DNA from: Magallana gigas
Taxonomy: Eukaryota
Assembly (NCBI RefSeq): GCF_963853765.1
Contig: NC_088858.1
Span: forward strand, 38,750,001 to 38,814,000
Reading direction: 5' to 3'
DNA length: 64,000 bases
The notes below the pieces were generated by a model. The model had not been told where the DNA came from. It did no database searches and was given only the letters and a program-made list of their open reading frames with translations. The first letter of the stretch is position 1. Each line of letters begins with the position of its first letter. The position numbers and the translations under genes are program-made. This document shows, piece after piece, positions 60,819-64,000 of this stretch.

Positions 60819-63086
60819 GTAAGTTTTTAATTCATAAATGACATTGATCGAAATATCATACATCATTACTTGTATCTTACATATGAAAAGGGCGCCTTCT
60901 ATTTCCCTACCATGTTCTTAATTATTCAAGCATCATATCACTCAATTATTCATATTTTGCTCCCAGAAAAGCGACTATAGTGTGCGAGGAATCAATAGAT
61001 CCTATATTAACCTTAGCCTAAATTAAGACAGTGAGCCCATAAATAATGCATGCACTAACTTGCTGAACGCATCAGATGTGCATTCTTTACCTCTGATGAA
61101 GGCACCCTTTTCATGCAAGTTATCTGCACAATTTTGTTCTAAATTTTTCACCCAGATCGATATATCTCACTCGAAGAGTCCCATATACTGCATTTTGGAA
61201 TACGATATATTTTCTCTGCCTAAATTGAATGAATTGCTCCTATCCTTATACAGAAATTGACCAAACGATTTGAGCTGTTGATTTACTCACTTTTGATTTA
61301 TGATTCAAGTATCCATGGCAACCCTCTGAAGGATTCTGGTATGCAGAGAATCTGTCGGGAACTTGTGCAGCATCCTCAAATTGTCTCCCTTGATGTCAGT
61401 GATTGTGAATTAACAGACCAGTCCATGGAAGTCCTATGTAGTCTGTTACCCGAAACAGGCTCTAGACCAGGTGATTTATATCTCTGTATTTTAATCTCAC
61501 ATTAGTATACAGATTCATATTCAGTGTGATATTCATATTTTTTTGTGAATTTTAGAGTGAGTCACCCACATGGAAAACATTAGAGATGAAAAGAAAATTT
61601 TTACAAAGAACATGAAAACTCGTAGAATATTAACTTTTATGCAAGTTAATATTCAGATGTTTTGATAATTATACATTTAATACATGTACATAAACATACT
61701 CCCAAAAAATAAGTCTGAAAGGGGAGACAACTTTTTCACTGCAGGTTTAAAAGACCTCTCTCTTAGTGCTAATCCAGGGATTTCTCAGAAGTCTTGGGCA
61801 AAGTTTGGGATATCCGTGGCTGCCAATAGTTGTCTGAGAGAACTCTATCTGGACTACAACAGTCTGGGAGACTATGCAGCAAGCTGTATCGTGGTGGGAC
61901 TCTCTGGGTCTCAGAACCTCAGAGTTCTAGATCTAGAAAGCACAAATATTGGAGACTCCACAGCAGAGGTTTGTGCCCCCTCCTTTTTTCTCACAAAATA
62001 ATTGTTTTGGAAGCATGTGTTTCTTAATGGTTAGGAGAAAAAAAATAATAATTTCATCAGAAATCCCAAGAATGTTGATGCAAAATTATCAAAGCAATCA
62101 ACAAGAAATCCTAAAAATATAGCAAGCAATAAATTGTATCATGTACCGTATACCTGTAACCAGAAGGCCTCTTGTTTGTGCATAGCTTAGCCCAACAATG
62201 GTTTAAATATGCCATAAAAGTTTTAGAATGAAATGCACAGTAATTTTTTACCAAATGCTTGGAACATATTTAAAATTTCAATTGATATGCATACATACTA
62301 GTATAAAGCAATACAGTTGAACATTAATATCTTTCAGATCAATATATTTGATAACAATACCAGAGATATTTCAAAGCGAGTAGTCCCTACCATATAAAAA
62401 TCTCTTTATCTTAATCCTTCAATATACATGTATCTCAAAGTTCTCTTCTTAATTTCCATCAAATTCAAGATAAAGATGTGTGTTTGTACTATAGATTGAA
62501 TTTTTTAATTTTACAGTTGATTCAACATCTCCTGGAAAAATTCCCCTCCCAACTTTACAAAGTAGTGCTTAAAGAGAACAAAATCAAAGGCAGCATAATA
62601 GACAGCATTTCTTCCTATCTGGAGGAAAACGATGACATTTCTGACACATTTAGCATCGAATCCATGAAAATGAAAACAAAATCATCAAGTAAACTGTCCA
62701 AATCTAAAACCTCCACACAAAAGAGTTCTACTCTGAAAGACAGCACACGGTATGAGGAGTCCTCCTCAGATGAAGACAAGACTGAGAAAACGGACAGAGA
62801 AAAGGAGGAAGAGAGTGACATGAAGGACACAGTGAAAACGGATGAAGATTATCGTGTGCTTGAAATGGCCCTGGAGGAGGGACTGAGCACAGGGAAGATC
62901 AGCGCTCTGTCCAATACAATGGAGGAAGATGAAGGGGAGGAAGAGCTGAAGGAAGTTCCTATAACATCCACCACCCATGTCATAAAATTCCCTGACAACA
63001 AACCAAAGACACTCTCTGCAGAAGACTTCAGCGATGACGGAGATGAACTCGAAGAAATACCAGTGTTAAAATATGGCACTGTATGA
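60550..63086 (+). CDS. LRRC73: Leucine-rich repeat protein 73-like, complete, 4 exons, 407 aa
   Basis: join(60550..60818,61310..61470,61745..61968,62517..63086) = 1224 nt. RI-like LRRs; LSLRDC, NRSLLALFIHGNPL, LSLSANPGISQKSW, LYLDYNSLGD and VLDLEST resemble LRRC73 as I remember it; long acidic tail. Confidence 0.85.
61310..61470 (+). CDS. LRRC73: LRRC73-like exon 2
   Basis: ttcaag|(F)IHGNPLKDSGMQRIC...LLPETGSRP|gtgatt. Confidence 0.88.
61745..61968 (+). CDS. LRRC73: LRRC73-like exon 3
   Basis: ctgcag|(G)LKDLSLSANPG...STNIGDSTAE|gtttgt. Confidence 0.9.
62517..63086 (+). CDS. LRRC73: LRRC73-like exon 4 (last LRR and acidic tail)
   Basis: ttacag|LIQHLLEKFPSQLYKVVLKENKI...EEIPVLKYGTV*. Confidence 0.88.
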   Translation: MIQHLLEKFPSQLYKVVLKENKIKGSIIDSISSYLEENDDISDTFSIESMKMKTKSSSKLSKSKTSTQKSSTLKDSTRYEESSSDEDKTEKTDREKEEESDMKDTVKTDEDYRVLEMALEEGLSTGKISALSNTMEEDEGEEELKEVPITSTTHVIKFPDNKPKTLSAEDFSDDGDELEEIPVLKYGTV

Positions 63087-64000
63087 CATTTTTGTGTAAA
63101 AGACATTTCTTTTTTCCTCCATAGCACCAAACTCCCAATTAAATATCACAAACTTCATTTCAAAACTAACACATATCAATAGTTTTATAAACAACAAGGC
63201 TCTCCATTTTCATGTACAATTACCAATTTTATACATGTAGCTTTAAATTCAGAGTGAAATCAAAATAATTATTGTCTTTAAATATTTATTCCATTTTTCA
63301 TTCATATACCGGTAATCATATTTTTACTGTAATTATCTGAAAATACTATTCGAAAAGATTTCATTCAAAAAAATGTATACACAACATTGATTACATGATC
63401 TGAGGAAATAGTCTTTCATTCATCTGGCATACATTATCAAAATTACCATGAACATTTGTTTACTAGATTCATATTTCAGCAACTTAAATGAATATTCTTC
63501 AACATGATTACCAAAGGAAAACAAACTTTTAGATTTTCTAAGTTTTCTAGATGTAGCACTTTTATATTATAATTGACCTCAATGTATGTGTGGCTTATAT
63601 CCATGATGCATTAAGTTTCACACATCAATATAGACTGTTATGCTTTAATATGTACTTGTTACTCCAAATACTAAATAAAGCTTTAAATGGTACCATAACA
63701 CCAGTCTGCTTTGTCTTAATGAACTCATTTGTGTATACCGGGTACTATAAACTTGCATTTTTTTTTCTGCAGGAGCATATTTTCAGTTTTAATTCCATAA
63801 GGGCATTCTAATGGCATTAAAAGATGCATTATGTCATGCCTGCATGGTCTTTCAAAGACTTTAAAATAGGTACATTTATTTTCCGATATTTCAGATTTAT
63901 TGACTCAAATTTCCAATAAGGATAATTTTAAACATTTTTTAAATTTATTTTTTTTTGTGGGGTTTGAAATATATCTGCAAGATTTACCATAAAATAGCAC

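Overview
AT-rich, intron-rich animal genomic DNA; the repeat types and motifs suggest a bivalve mollusc such as an oyster, which is inference only. The window holds three protein-coding genes. (1) A phospholipase C-beta of the PLCB1/2/3 (Plc21C-like) type on +, with 30 traceable coding exons from 8098 to 44724 giving 1218 aa in the window; the first coding exon lies upstream or was not found. (2) RTRAF (C14orf166/CGI-99) on -, 8 exons, 54943 to 51926, 245 aa, with one GC-AG intron. (3) An LRRC73-like gene on +, 4 exons, 60550-63086, 407 aa. PLCB and RTRAF are tail-to-tail, separated by an intact Helentron-type non-autonomous element (HINE) and a 52-bp minisatellite. RTRAF and LRRC73 are head-to-head, separated by a nested stack of DNA transposons. 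The most interesting signal is isoform hardware inside PLCB. A second, homologous-looking exon for the G-alpha-q-binding helix-turn-helix has its own stop and poly(A) signal, so it could be an alternative last exon or a mutually exclusive exon. PLCB also has two candidate in-frame microexons (9 and 12 nt), a U12 minor-spliceosome intron, a stop-free 3n intron next to it, and a decayed duplicate of an EF-hand exon. All exon calls are manual (splice consensus, phase continuity, remembered family sequences); no database search was run.
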